Below the pieces are notes generated by a model. That model was not told the DNA's origin. It did no database searches and worked only from the letters and a program-made list of their open reading frames with translations. Positions 27,553 through 36,235 of a stretch of 36,235 nucleotides of DNA are shown here, piece after piece (within the stretch, counting starts at the first letter, position 1; every line of letters begins with the position of its first letter). A program made the translations under genes and the position numbers. The stretch covers positions 1-36,235 of the forward strand of contig JAEOTP010000024.1 in assembly GCA_016839765.1 (NCBI GenBank), written 5' to 3'. Origin of the DNA: Promethearchaeota archaeon (lineage in GTDB: Archaea; Asgardarchaeota; Lokiarchaeia; Sigyniarchaeales; SOKP01).

Positions 27553-28515
27553 ATGATTCCTCAGAAACACAAAGTTATAGTAGAAGTTCCACATAGAATC
27601 TCTGGTTTTTTCGAAATAGTTGATGAAATCAATGGTATGAAAATTAACAATCCAGAAAAAATAGGATCTAGAGGAGCTGGTTTCAATTTAAATAGTTTTG
27701 GAAGAACTGAGATAATGATTGAAGATCAGGAGGATTTAAAACAAAATCATTGTCAAGTCTATATCAACAATGAAGAGTTGAATGCGAATGCAGAAACTAC
27801 ATATTATATTTTTAATTACTTAAAAAATTTCTTTAAAAAATATATAAAAATAAAAATTGTTCATAAATTTGATTTACCAGTAGGATGTGGATATGGAGCA
27901 AGTGGTTCTGGGGCTCTAGGGACAGTTTATGGTTTAGATTGTTTATTAAATTTAGACTTTTCTCCTTATGAAAAAGGGAGGATAGCCCATATAGCAGAAG
28001 TGATTAATAAGACTGGCTTAGGGACAGTTTGTGGGCAATTAGCAGGGGGTTTATGTATGTTAAAAGAGCCAGGATATCCTTGTAATTTTGAAAGGATATC
28101 AATTCCTCATAATTTAAAAATTTTTTGTGGATCTTTTGGTATAATCGCCACAAAATCTATTTTAACTAATCCAGAATTAAGTTTAAGAATAAAAAAAGCT
28201 GGTAATAAAGCCCTAGCTAAGTTAATGAAAAATCCTAATATTAAAACATTTGTGTCAGTTTCAAATGAGTTTGTCAAAGACACTGACATGCTTAGTATAC
28301 TTGATTTAAAGGAAGTTAAGGAATTAATTGAGAATTTAAATCAATTGAATATTATAGGAGCTAGTATGAATCAATTAGGAAGATCAGTATATGCAATTTG
28401 TAAAAAAAGAGATGAGCGTAAAGTATTAGAAGTTTTTGAATGCTATCACCCAAAAATAAGGATCTTTGAATCTTCTATTCGTGAAAGCACGAAAATACCT
28501 TTAGAAAAAAGTTAA
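27553..28515 (+). CDS. Pantoate kinase (GHMP family)
   Basis: P..ISGFF, GSRGAG, LPVGCGYGASG.GAL, AH.AEV..KTGLG.V, ASM.QLG.SVYA. Confidence 0.9.
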   Translation: MIPQKHKVIVEVPHRISGFFEIVDEINGMKINNPEKIGSRGAGFNLNSFGRTEIMIEDQEDLKQNHCQVYINNEELNANAETTYYIFNYLKNFFKKYIKIKIVHKFDLPVGCGYGASGSGALGTVYGLDCLLNLDFSPYEKGRIAHIAEVINKTGLGTVCGQLAGGLCMLKEPGYPCNFERISIPHNLKIFCGSFGIIATKSILTNPELSLRIKKAGNKALAKLMKNPNIKTFVSVSNEFVKDTDMLSILDLKEVKELIENLNQLNIIGASMNQLGRSVYAICKKRDERKVLEVFECYHPKIRIFESSIRESTKIPLEKS

Positions 28516-28525
28516 ATACGACTTA

Positions 28526-29347
28526 TTATTCAACTTTCGAAGAATTCAGTGATTTTGATTTTATACTAGCGGCTTCTACAGCTCTGATTAAAGTTGCTCT
28601 TAATTTTGCTGATTCAATTTCATGTATAGCGGTTATTGTAGTACCTCCAGGTGTTGCTACCATATCTTTTAATTCGCCAGGATGTTTATTTGTTTCTAGC
28701 ACTAACTTAGCTGAGCCTAATACTGTTTGAGCGGCTAATTTTTGAGAGATGTCACGTGGTATCCCCATTTTGACGCCTCCATCAGCCAGAGCCTCAATTA
28801 TTATAAAAATGTATGCTGGACCACTACCAGATAATCCAGTAACTGCATCTAAATGTGTTTCATCGAGTTCAACAACCATACCGACAGAATCAAAGAGATT
28901 TTGTACATAGCTTTTCTCTTTTTCAGTAACTTCCGCATTGGAAGCGATTACCGTAGCAGCGGCTCCAACTATAGCAGGTGTATTAGTCATAATTCTTACT
29001 ATTCCAACAGGCTTATTTATAAATTTTTCAATATGACTAATAGATACGCCTGCTACGATAGATACGATAGTATGTTGTTTTGTTATTGCTGGGCTAATTT
29101 CATTTAAAACTTTATCTATAACTTGAGGAATTACTGCAATTAATACATATTTTGCTGATCTAACAAGTGAGACATTATTTTCAGCATATTCAACATTCAG
29201 TTCCTTGGATCTTTCAACAAGTTTATTGTTATCAATATCGAATATTATAATTTCATTTTTTTCAATTGTTTTTGTAGAGATAAATCGATTTATTAAAGCA
29301 TATCCAATCTTTCCAACACCAATTACACCTAATTGTTTCTGAAACAT
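28526..29347 (-). CDS. proC: Pyrroline-5-carboxylate reductase
   Basis: GVIGVGKIG, SIVAGV, R.M.NTP, DAVTGLSGSGPAY, EALADGGV..G, HPGELKD.V.TPGGTTI. Confidence 0.95.
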   Translation of the reverse strand: MFQKQLGVIGVGKIGYALINRFISTKTIEKNEIIIFDIDNNKLVERSKELNVEYAENNVSLVRSAKYVLIAVIPQVIDKVLNEISPAITKQHTIVSIVAGVSISHIEKFINKPVGIVRIMTNTPAIVGAAATVIASNAEVTEKEKSYVQNLFDSVGMVVELDETHLDAVTGLSGSGPAYIFIIIEALADGGVKMGIPRDISQKLAAQTVLGSAKLVLETNKHPGELKDMVATPGGTTITAIHEIESAKLRATLIRAVEAASIKSKSLNSSKVE

Positions 29348-29567
29348 ACTTTTAAATTAGAAGCGTAACCAAAATAATTTTACTATTAAATAATGTCTAG
29401 TGTTGGGCTTAATGAAATATTTAAAGCATAACATGAAGCAATTTTTAGTAAAAATTCAATTAGAATTTCTAATCATTATAATTGGCTCGAATTTTGAAAA
29501 CTTTTAGATTTAAATTAATGAAACTTAATTTTAAGAAGAAGGGTTTATCAGTTATTATCTATGATTA

Positions 29568-30296
29568 TCAATATAATTCATTTCTTAATTCTTCAATAAG
29601 ATGACGTTGAATAGTTCCGTTTTGTCTATCAAATCCTTCACAAACGACACTTCTAACACCTATTAAATCAGGAGAGATTACTTTTATTTTAGAAATAGAA
29701 TCTTTTCTTAAATTACCTGCCAGAGCAACTTCTAAATTCAAATCATTTGCTAAATTCTTAAACTGAAGTAACTGCTTAACACTTAAAAAGTCAAATAAAC
29801 CTTTATTATCTTTTATGAAAGTATCAAGCATTACAATTTCAGAGCCCGAATCAGCAGCAATTTTAGGAAGATCCAAAAAACTAGGTGAAGAATCCATTCT
29901 TTTTTTATCTGCATATCCTGCCGTTACAATTTTTATATCATTATTATAATGTTTAACTGCTTTTACAACTTTTTGCATCAATTTAATACCTTCTTCTAAA
30001 TTTCTGGGGCCTTTCAAACCCACTTTTATTATATCTGCTCCTGATACTGCGGCTCCTAATGCAGCTAATGAAGCAGACCCCGGCAAGTAGGGAAAATCTC
30101 CTATTGTAGCACTTAATAATTGAGAACTGTTAGAGGGAATTAATTTCTTCATTGCTTTAATGATCCATGGAAAATTTGCTCCCAGTGAACCTTCATCAGG
30201 ATTTTTGCAATCAATATAATCTACCTTAGATTCAATAGCTACAGTCGCTTCTTTTAAATTTCTTGGGCTTACTAAAAGTTTTATTATTTTTCGCAT
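29568..30296 (-). CDS. mfnB: (5-formylfuran-3-yl)methyl phosphate synthase (methanofuran biosynthesis, DUF556)
   Basis: LLVSP...EA, IDCKNP.EGSLGANFPW.I, SATIGD.P..PG.ASLAA.GAA..GAD.IKVGL, MLDT..KD, ALAG.L, GVRS.VC. Confidence 0.93.
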   Translation of the reverse strand: MRKIIKLLVSPRNLKEATVAIESKVDYIDCKNPDEGSLGANFPWIIKAMKKLIPSNSSQLLSATIGDFPYLPGSASLAALGAAVSGADIIKVGLKGPRNLEEGIKLMQKVVKAVKHYNNDIKIVTAGYADKKRMDSSPSFLDLPKIAADSGSEIVMLDTFIKDNKGLFDFLSVKQLLQFKNLANDLNLEVALAGNLRKDSISKIKVISPDLIGVRSVVCEGFDRQNGTIQRHLIEELRNELY

Positions 30297-30449
30297 ATCA
30301 AATCATATTTAATGTAAAAGTTCCAATAAAATTTTTTAACCTTATTAATAAATTAGCTTATCTTTTCCAAAACAATTAATTAAATATAATGATATAAAAA
30401 TTTAAATTAAATAATTATTATTAAATATCAAAAAAATTATGATTTAAAT

Positions 30450-30980
30450 ATGTCGCCTAAAGAAATTACGAAATTAGACATCACTAATGAAGTTTTTAAA
30501 GAACCGTTCGAAGTAATAAGACAGATCGCCTCAAACCTAGAAGATATGAAGTATACAAAAGTAATACAAACCTTTGTTATGGAAGATCGAAGATTAAATT
30601 TATCTTTAGAAAGAGAGGGTTCCAGTTATTTTAAAGGTAAAGTTGTTTGGATTGGAAATAAAAAGGATGATAGTGAAGGTACAATTTTTTGTGTTGATAA
30701 TAAAACAGAATTAAAGCAAATTAATCCAAATCCGGAAAATACCGAAAAAGTAATACTTGATATTAAAAAGGAAACTATTAAAGTATCCACTGCTTCAAAA
30801 ACTAAATGTGCTGTATGTGGAAAGAATATTGAAATTTTTGATGAAGTTGCTGGATGCCCTTTATGTCAATCAAGAGCACATAAAGAACATATGATTGACT
30901 GGGTAAGAATGAAACATTCTTGTCCTATTTGTAAGAAATCTTTAAATGTTTCAAGCTCAGGAGTTATCTTTATTGATTAG
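30450..30980 (+). CDS. Protein with a C-terminal RING-like zinc finger (putative E3 ligase)
   Basis: CAVC-x12-CPLC-x4-HxxH-xxx-W-x6-CPIC at the C-terminus. Confidence 0.82.
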   Translation: MSPKEITKLDITNEVFKEPFEVIRQIASNLEDMKYTKVIQTFVMEDRRLNLSLEREGSSYFKGKVVWIGNKKDDSEGTIFCVDNKTELKQINPNPENTEKVILDIKKETIKVSTASKTKCAVCGKNIEIFDEVAGCPLCQSRAHKEHMIDWVRMKHSCPICKKSLNVSSSGVIFID

Positions 30981-31719
30981 ATTTTGAAAACATATTTAAT
31001 TTATTAAGATTTATTGTTCCATCATATATAGCAGTTCCAATTAAAACTCCTGAAAAACCATTTTCATAATAAAATAGAACATCATTTAAATTTTTAATTC
31101 CTCCTCCTACTAAAACATTGCCATTAAAATTCTTTTTAATTTTAAGATACAGCAGGGGAATTCCTCCTATTTTTTGACCAACTTTAAAAATATCTAATAA
31201 AATAATGTTTTTTATCCCGATTTTTTCTAATTTTCTAACTACAGTTAATGGTGTTAAATTTTTTAGTTTATTTATCTTAGTAATTATTCTTTCTTTATAC
31301 ATATCTATGCTGATTATAACCTTATTCTTTTTGAAAATCTTAAAGCTCTCTTTGATGGTTTTTATTTTTTGGATAGTCTCTAAACCAAGAATTATACTTT
31401 CTATTTTAAATTCTAAAAATTTTTTAAGATCATTAATAGATTTAATACCAGGGTCAACAATTATTTTAATATTTTCAATTTCCAAAATTTTTTTAAGTAT
31501 TCGAAAATTAGGTTTTTGTTTTATAATTGCATCTAAATCAGCAATATAAAATTGTTTAATATTATATTTTTCTTTTAAATTTCTGATAATGTCAAAAGGC
31601 TCACTTGTATTAAACAAAGGAGATTTCAATGGTTTATAATTATCTCTTTCACCCTTAATTGCATGTACTGCTGTTGAATTTAAAATATCAATTACAGGGA
31701 ATACTTTAAAATTAGACAT
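30970..31719 (-). CDS. HisA/HisF-related TIM-barrel protein (hisAF-related family, not necessarily histidine synthesis)
   Basis: PVIDI....AVHA..G.R..Y.PL.S, YIADLDAI, VD.G, LGLET, SID, ILLDI.KVG, VGGGI, G..GVL.GTA...G. Confidence 0.85.
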   Translation of the reverse strand: MSNFKVFPVIDILNSTAVHAIKGERDNYKPLKSPLFNTSEPFDIIRNLKEKYNIKQFYIADLDAIIKQKPNFRILKKILEIENIKIIVDPGIKSINDLKKFLEFKIESIILGLETIQKIKTIKESFKIFKKNKVIISIDMYKERIITKINKLKNLTPLTVVRKLEKIGIKNIILLDIFKVGQKIGGIPLLYLKIKKNFNGNVLVGGGIKNLNDVLFYYENGFSGVLIGTAIYDGTINLNKLNMFSKSNQ

Positions 31720-31898
31720 AATCTCGACAAAATTTTAACTAAATCAATTTAATAATAAATTAACAAATTACCATTTTGAAATACTCTTTTTTTTTAAAAA
31801 TATTGATTATTTAATTAATTACTAAATAAATTTATTTTTAAGGTATAGAATCTAACTTTTTCATTAAATATTCTAAATAATTTTTGTTGGTGGGATAA

Positions 31899-33605
31899 AT
31901 GAAAACAGATGCGTATATTACGAAAATTATACAAGATACTGGATTAACTAGGAGTGAAATCCATAACAAAGTTGAAGAAAAAAAAAGTGAGTTAAAAGGG
32001 TTAATATCTGATGAAGGAGCATTATTTTTAATAGCTAAAGAGTTTGGTGTAGATGTTTCAAATGAAAATATTGATTTAATAAAAGATATTGAAATAAACA
32101 TCTCCGATATTAGTTTAAATATGAAAAATATCACATTAATTGGAAGAATTAAAGAAATATATAGTGTTTATGAATTTAATAAAGAAAACCAAGAGAAAGG
32201 ATATGTAGGATCCTTTTTATTACACGATACTACAGGAGAAATTCGAATAGTTCTGTGGAATGAACATGCTAATATGTTCACAAATGAGAATTTTAAAAAA
32301 AATGAACTAGTTAAAATTTTAAATGGTTATACTAAAGAAGGTAGGTATGGCACAGAGTTGCATATTGGAAGATTGGGAAAAATTATTTTATCTCCAGATG
32401 ATGTTGATTATAAGAAATATCCAAAAATAAAAGAAGAATTTATAGATATAAACAAAATAAGTAAAATGTTAAAATCTGTATCTATTGAAGGCAAAATTTT
32501 ACGAATATATCCAACCAAAACTTTTACTAAAAAGTCTGGTGAAAATGGCACTTTGGTTACAATTAATTTAATGGATTCTACAAGCACCGTAAGGGTTAAT
32601 TTTTGGAATGATGATATTTCTAAAATGAATAATATTAAAATAGGTGATTATGTTTCGATCACTTCTTTAAGGCCAAGAGAGAGCAATTTAAATCCTAATT
32701 TAATAACTTTACATGCAACTAGAAATACAAATGTATCGAAAAAAGAAAAAAAACTGAAATTAAAAATAGATTTGAGTAATTCAATAAAACAACTCCAAAA
32801 TAAAGAAAATCTTGTATCATTTAAAGGAATTATTACCTCTATTGACAACCTGAGAAAAATTACGCTAAAATCAGGAGATGAAGTTAATTTATTGAATTTT
32901 ATAGTAAGTGATGATACAGATTTTATTAGAGTTGCAGCATGGCGTGAAATAGCAGAAAGTCTATCGAAAGAATTATCAAATGATACAGGAGTAATGATTA
33001 AAAATGCACTTTTAAAATATAGTAATTTTTCCGGGAGAAAAGAAGCTACTATAATAGAAGAAACAAATTTAGAAATAATTGATCTCAGTCTTAGCAACCT
33101 CAAGAAATTTGAAGGTACATCAGAAACTAGAAATATTTCTCATTCAAATAATATTACAAAAATTAGTGATATAAACTCATCAGGTATTTTTGAAATAAAA
33201 GGTTTAATTGTTAAAGAAATAAACAGAATAAATATTTATAATGCCTGCTCTAAATGTTTTAGAAAGATAGAAAATTGTAATTGTGAAGAAAAGGGTGAAA
33301 TAAAACCTAGAATGATTTTAAACCTTTTAATTGACGATGAGAGTGGTATAATGCGTTCTTCATTTATAGGTGACATTGCTGAGAAATTACTTGGAAAAGA
33401 AACTGAAATTATTATGAAAGTAATGGATACTCCTGATTATGATAAAGTTTTGGAAAAATTTTCAAGCCAGTTAGTTGGAAGAGATATTTATATCAAAGGA
33501 AAGGTTAAATTCAATGATTATTCAAATGCTTATGAATTAAATGCTTTTGATTTTCAAGAAGTCGATGTTAATTATGACTTAGAGCAAATAATCAACGAAA
33601 TTTAA
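31899..33605 (+). CDS. Replication protein A large subunit (RPA1-like; tandem OB folds + Zn finger)
   Basis: N-terminal GLISDEGAL..IA..G, repeated OB motifs (L.D.TG.IR.VLW; L.DST..VRV.FW; VSDDT..IRV.AW; IDDESG..R..F), CSKC..CNC. SD-like GGTGG upstream. Confidence 0.9.
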   Translation: MKTDAYITKIIQDTGLTRSEIHNKVEEKKSELKGLISDEGALFLIAKEFGVDVSNENIDLIKDIEINISDISLNMKNITLIGRIKEIYSVYEFNKENQEKGYVGSFLLHDTTGEIRIVLWNEHANMFTNENFKKNELVKILNGYTKEGRYGTELHIGRLGKIILSPDDVDYKKYPKIKEEFIDINKISKMLKSVSIEGKILRIYPTKTFTKKSGENGTLVTINLMDSTSTVRVNFWNDDISKMNNIKIGDYVSITSLRPRESNLNPNLITLHATRNTNVSKKEKKLKLKIDLSNSIKQLQNKENLVSFKGIITSIDNLRKITLKSGDEVNLLNFIVSDDTDFIRVAAWREIAESLSKELSNDTGVMIKNALLKYSNFSGRKEATIIEETNLEIIDLSLSNLKKFEGTSETRNISHSNNITKISDINSSGIFEIKGLIVKEINRINIYNACSKCFRKIENCNCEEKGEIKPRMILNLLIDDESGIMRSSFIGDIAEKLLGKETEIIMKVMDTPDYDKVLEKFSSQLVGRDIYIKGKVKFNDYSNAYELNAFDFQEVDVNYDLEQIINEI

Positions 33606-33724
33606 TTCTAATTTAATTATATAATACACCTTTTTTAACTTGTTTTTATTATCTTTATCATGATTTTTATCAATAAATTAATTTGTTAGATTATAATTAG
33701 TATAGAAATTAAGATTTATTTTTT

Positions 33725-34660
33725 ATGAAGGAAGTTGATATTGTAGGATTAGGGGAAGCCGTCATAGATTGGGTGGCTGAAATACCACATTTCCCGAGAC
33801 CTGATGAAAAAGTTGATGCAATAACTGAGAACTATTTTCCAGGTGGAGTGACAGCTAATTTTTTAGTAGCAGTAGCTAGACTTGGAGGTAAGTGTGGATT
33901 TATTGGTGCCGTTGGTGATGACTTTTATGGAGATTACTTGATAGATGATTTTAAACATGAAAATATAGATACAACCTTTACTCTTAAAAAAAAGGGTAAA
34001 AAAACACCTATGAATTTTATTTTCGTTACAGAGGGAGAAAAGACAATCATACAATCTCCACATATGCAAAAAACGAAAATAAATCTTACTGATTTAGACC
34101 AACAATATATAATTAATTCAAAAGTACTTCATACTACAATGATACATCCAGAAATCGCTGGAAGAGCAATAGCTATAGCAAAGAGAAATGAAGTTAAGGT
34201 AACTATAGATTTAGAATCGCAAATAGCAAAGAGAGGATGGAAAAGTCTAAGCGAAATGATTTTAAATGCTGATATACTAATTCCCAATAAAGAAGGAGCA
34301 AAATTAATTACAAAACATGAAAAACTTGATGATGCTGCTAAAGTTTTGGTTGAAAAAGGAATTCCAATTGTAATTATTACTTTGGGGCGTGATGGAGTGT
34401 TAATTACCACAGAAAAATATCAAAAAAAGATTCCAGCATTTGATGTTAGAAATATTATTGACACAACTGGTGCAGGAGATACTTTTAACGGAGCATTCTC
34501 ATATGCTTATTGGATTAAAAAATGGGATTTAGAGAGATCTTGTAAATATGCTAATGCTGCTGCTGCTTTAAAAATTCAGAAGTTGGGAGCAAGAACTGGT
34601 ATGCCTAATGAGAGCATGTTAATGAATTTCTTAAACAGGCAAAGGGAAATTTTTCTGTAG
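33725..34660 (+). CDS. PfkB/ribokinase family carbohydrate kinase
   Basis: PGG..AN..VA.ARLG, IGAVGDD.YG, PN..E-like motif, ITLG..G, DTTGAGD.FNG. Confidence 0.93.
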   Translation: MKEVDIVGLGEAVIDWVAEIPHFPRPDEKVDAITENYFPGGVTANFLVAVARLGGKCGFIGAVGDDFYGDYLIDDFKHENIDTTFTLKKKGKKTPMNFIFVTEGEKTIIQSPHMQKTKINLTDLDQQYIINSKVLHTTMIHPEIAGRAIAIAKRNEVKVTIDLESQIAKRGWKSLSEMILNADILIPNKEGAKLITKHEKLDDAAKVLVEKGIPIVIITLGRDGVLITTEKYQKKIPAFDVRNIIDTTGAGDTFNGAFSYAYWIKKWDLERSCKYANAAAALKIQKLGARTGMPNESMLMNFLNRQREIFL

Positions 34661-34667
34661 ATATCTC

Positions 34668-35108
34668 TCAAGAATAAATAAGGCAAATTTTGCGATAATT
34701 TTGTGGTTTAGCAATAAGATCATTAAAAATACTATCAATTTCCTCTGATGTTAAAATATCTGATTTTTGCGTAAAAGGCCAAATTCCTAATAAAATATCT
34801 CCCCTTTTTTTTACATTACCAATTAGAAAGCCCTTTTTATTTCCATTTAATTTGGTTATATAAAGTAATACAATATAATAATTAATTTGAAAATTCGGTG
34901 TATTCTCCCCAATTCTAATTACTTCTTTAATGTTTTGGAAATTAATAATATTTTGGCTTGTTTGGCTTAGTTTCTTTAGCATAGAAATATATTTTGGGGA
35001 TACGTTAATTGGTTCATTATAAGAAATTTCCTTAAAGGTTAAAGTTAAATCTTTTATCTCATTTTCTATATTACCTTTAAAGATTACTTTATAAACTATT
35101 AGACTCAT
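34668..35108 (-). CDS. Hypothetical protein
   Basis: 146-aa ORF filling the gap between the pfkB-family gene and aIF1; no recognisable motif. Confidence 0.68.
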   Translation of the reverse strand: MSLIVYKVIFKGNIENEIKDLTLTFKEISYNEPINVSPKYISMLKKLSQTSQNIINFQNIKEVIRIGENTPNFQINYYIVLLYITKLNGNKKGFLIGNVKKRGDILLGIWPFTQKSDILTSEEIDSIFNDLIAKPQNYRKICLIYS

Positions 35109-35177
35109 TGAAAACTGGAAATTATTTTTTCTTATGAAAAAAGTTTTTTACTTTTCCCTTATATTATTTTGGTATTC

Positions 35178-35519
35178 TTATTTTTTATATGAACTTTTCA
35201 TCCTTTCCTGAATTAATATATTTTCTTCTGGAAACCCCAAATCCATTAAGAATTTTTTGAGTTTAAATTTATGATCTCCTTGAAGTTCAATTTCATTTCC
35301 CCTTACTGTTCCCCCAGAGGCACACTTTTTTTTTGCTTTGGTTAAAATATCCTTCAAATTAGCATCAAAATTACCTTCAAATTTGATGACTGTAACCACT
35401 CGCCCCCATTTTCTTCTGTCATTAGTAATAATTATTTGTTGTTCGTCAGCACTTAAACTATCACATATACATAGCTCTTTCGGAAAACTACATATAGGAC
35501 AAATCTCGTCGTCTTTAAT
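35178..35519 (-). CDS. Translation initiation factor aIF1 (SUI1 family), 113 aa, apparent ATT start
   Basis: Extending the 73-aa track ORF upstream gives IKDDEICPICSFPKELCICDSLSADEQQIIITNDRRKWGRVVTVI...KKKCASGGTV...IELQGDH, the full archaeal SUI1 pattern. An in-frame TGA at 35529-35531 bounds the frame. Confidence 0.93.
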   Translation of the reverse strand: MKDDEICPICSFPKELCICDSLSADEQQIIITNDRRKWGRVVTVIKFEGNFDANLKDILTKAKKKCASGGTVRGNEIELQGDHKFKLKKFLMDLGFPEENILIQERMKSSYKK

Positions 35520-35695
35520 ACTCTTTTTTCACAACCTTTTATATTAAAAACTTAATATAGTACAGTATAAAAAATAATAGAATAAAATCTTATAAAAATC
35601 TTTTTTTTATTTTATGATTTTATCGTTAAACAATATTATAAAAATAAATTCTTTCATATTATTATTAGAAAAATTCTTTATGATTAAGTTTAAAA

Positions 35696-36226
35696 ATGTT
35701 TAGCTCATGGATCTTTAAGGTAATTATAGCGGGTGCAGGTGGAGTAGGTAAAACTGCCATGGTTACTCGATATTGTACCGGTAAATTTGAAGAGGGGTAT
35801 AAGATGACTATAGGAGCTGGTTTTCATACAAAATCAGAAACCCTTGATACAGGAGAAGCTGTCAAAATGCAATTATGGGATTTTGCCGGAGAAAAACGTT
35901 TTCGTGAACTATTACCAGATTATTGTAAAGGTGCAAGTGGCGCTTTCATTTGCTTTGATATAACAGATTATGACACGTTTAGAGATATTCCTGAATGGTT
36001 AAGAATTATACGCCAAAAAGCAGGTTTTATTCCTATAATCCTTTTAGGAATGAAATGGGATCTCGATAATCATGAGGTTGATTATAATGTGGCCAATGAT
36101 TATGCTGGAAAAGCAAAATGTAATCAATGTGTTTACAGCTCTTCTAAAGAAAATATCAATGTTAATGAATCATTTCAAGCAATGGCGAAATGGTTGATTT
36201 ATTATGCTAAACAATCCGAAACTTAA
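35696..36226 (+). CDS. Rab/Ras-like small GTPase (Asgard type)
   Basis: GAGGVGKT (G1), YKMTIG (G2), QLWDFAG (G3), G.K.D (G4), SSK (G5); no C-terminal prenylation cysteines. Confidence 0.93.
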   Translation: MFSSWIFKVIIAGAGGVGKTAMVTRYCTGKFEEGYKMTIGAGFHTKSETLDTGEAVKMQLWDFAGEKRFRELLPDYCKGASGAFICFDITDYDTFRDIPEWLRIIRQKAGFIPIILLGMKWDLDNHEVDYNVANDYAGKAKCNQCVYSSSKENINVNESFQAMAKWLIYYAKQSET

Positions 36227-36235
36227 TTTCTTTAA

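Noticed and set aside
2669-28515. panE, pps and pantoate kinase as a CoA operon
   Set aside because: The genes are dispersed and on different strands; this is the established archaeal pathway, not a new cluster.
35178-35399. 73-aa aIF1 starting at GTG 35399, as in the ORF track
   Set aside because: It would remove the conserved Cys motif, the first beta strand and the RR.G loop, all of which are encoded in frame upstream.
35529-35534. TTG-TGA in frame with aIF1 read as a start plus selenocysteine or readthrough
   Set aside because: The TGA does not align with a conserved Cys, would be codon 2, and I found no convincing SECIS-like hairpin downstream.
3220-35547. Short opposite-strand ORFs nested in or overlapping real genes (e.g. 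3220, 6205, 13875, 14418, 16321, 16594, 18505, 21698, 23321, 23702, 25029, 28107, 28853, 31205, 31838, 32648, 33863, 34129, 35338)
   Set aside because: They are shadow frames of well-supported genes and have no motifs of their own.
1-36235. CRISPR arrays, transposases, integrases, or att-site duplications of the tRNA 3' ends
   Set aside because: I saw no regularly spaced repeats, mobile-element genes or repeated tRNA ends on reading; very degenerate repeats could have been missed.

Overview
AT-rich, gene-dense archaeal core-genome region. The gene content (Asgard-type profilin, Rab-like GTPase, RING-finger protein, Get3-like ATPase, enlarged 23S rRNA expansion segment, multi-intron tRNAs) points to an Asgard archaeon, most likely Lokiarchaeia. 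It contains the 5' ~1.17 kb of a stand-alone 23S rRNA gene (minus strand), two tRNA genes that each carry two bulge-helix-bulge (BHB) introns (initiator Met-CAT, Leu-CAA), and about 38 CDSs for translation and ribosome biogenesis (aRF1, aIF2-beta, Nmd3-Rio1, Dim2, aIF1), transcription (TFB, Rpo12), RPA subunits, FtsZ, CoA and methanofuran synthesis, and tRNA thiolation. I saw no mobile elements or CRISPR arrays. The main unexplained signal concerns start codons. The gene for the start-codon fidelity factor aIF1/SUI1 has no in-frame AUG/GUG/UUG upstream of its conserved N-terminal Cys motif and appears to start at AUU, suggesting an autoregulatory loop like that of bacterial infC and eukaryotic eIF1. 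A second intact gene (YkgJ family), missed by the ORF track, appears to start at AUA. Also notable are an in-frame Nmd3-Rio1 fusion, a profilin with an extra helical domain, and PAC4-like and Whirly-like candidates. All protein calls come from motif recognition by eye, without database searches.
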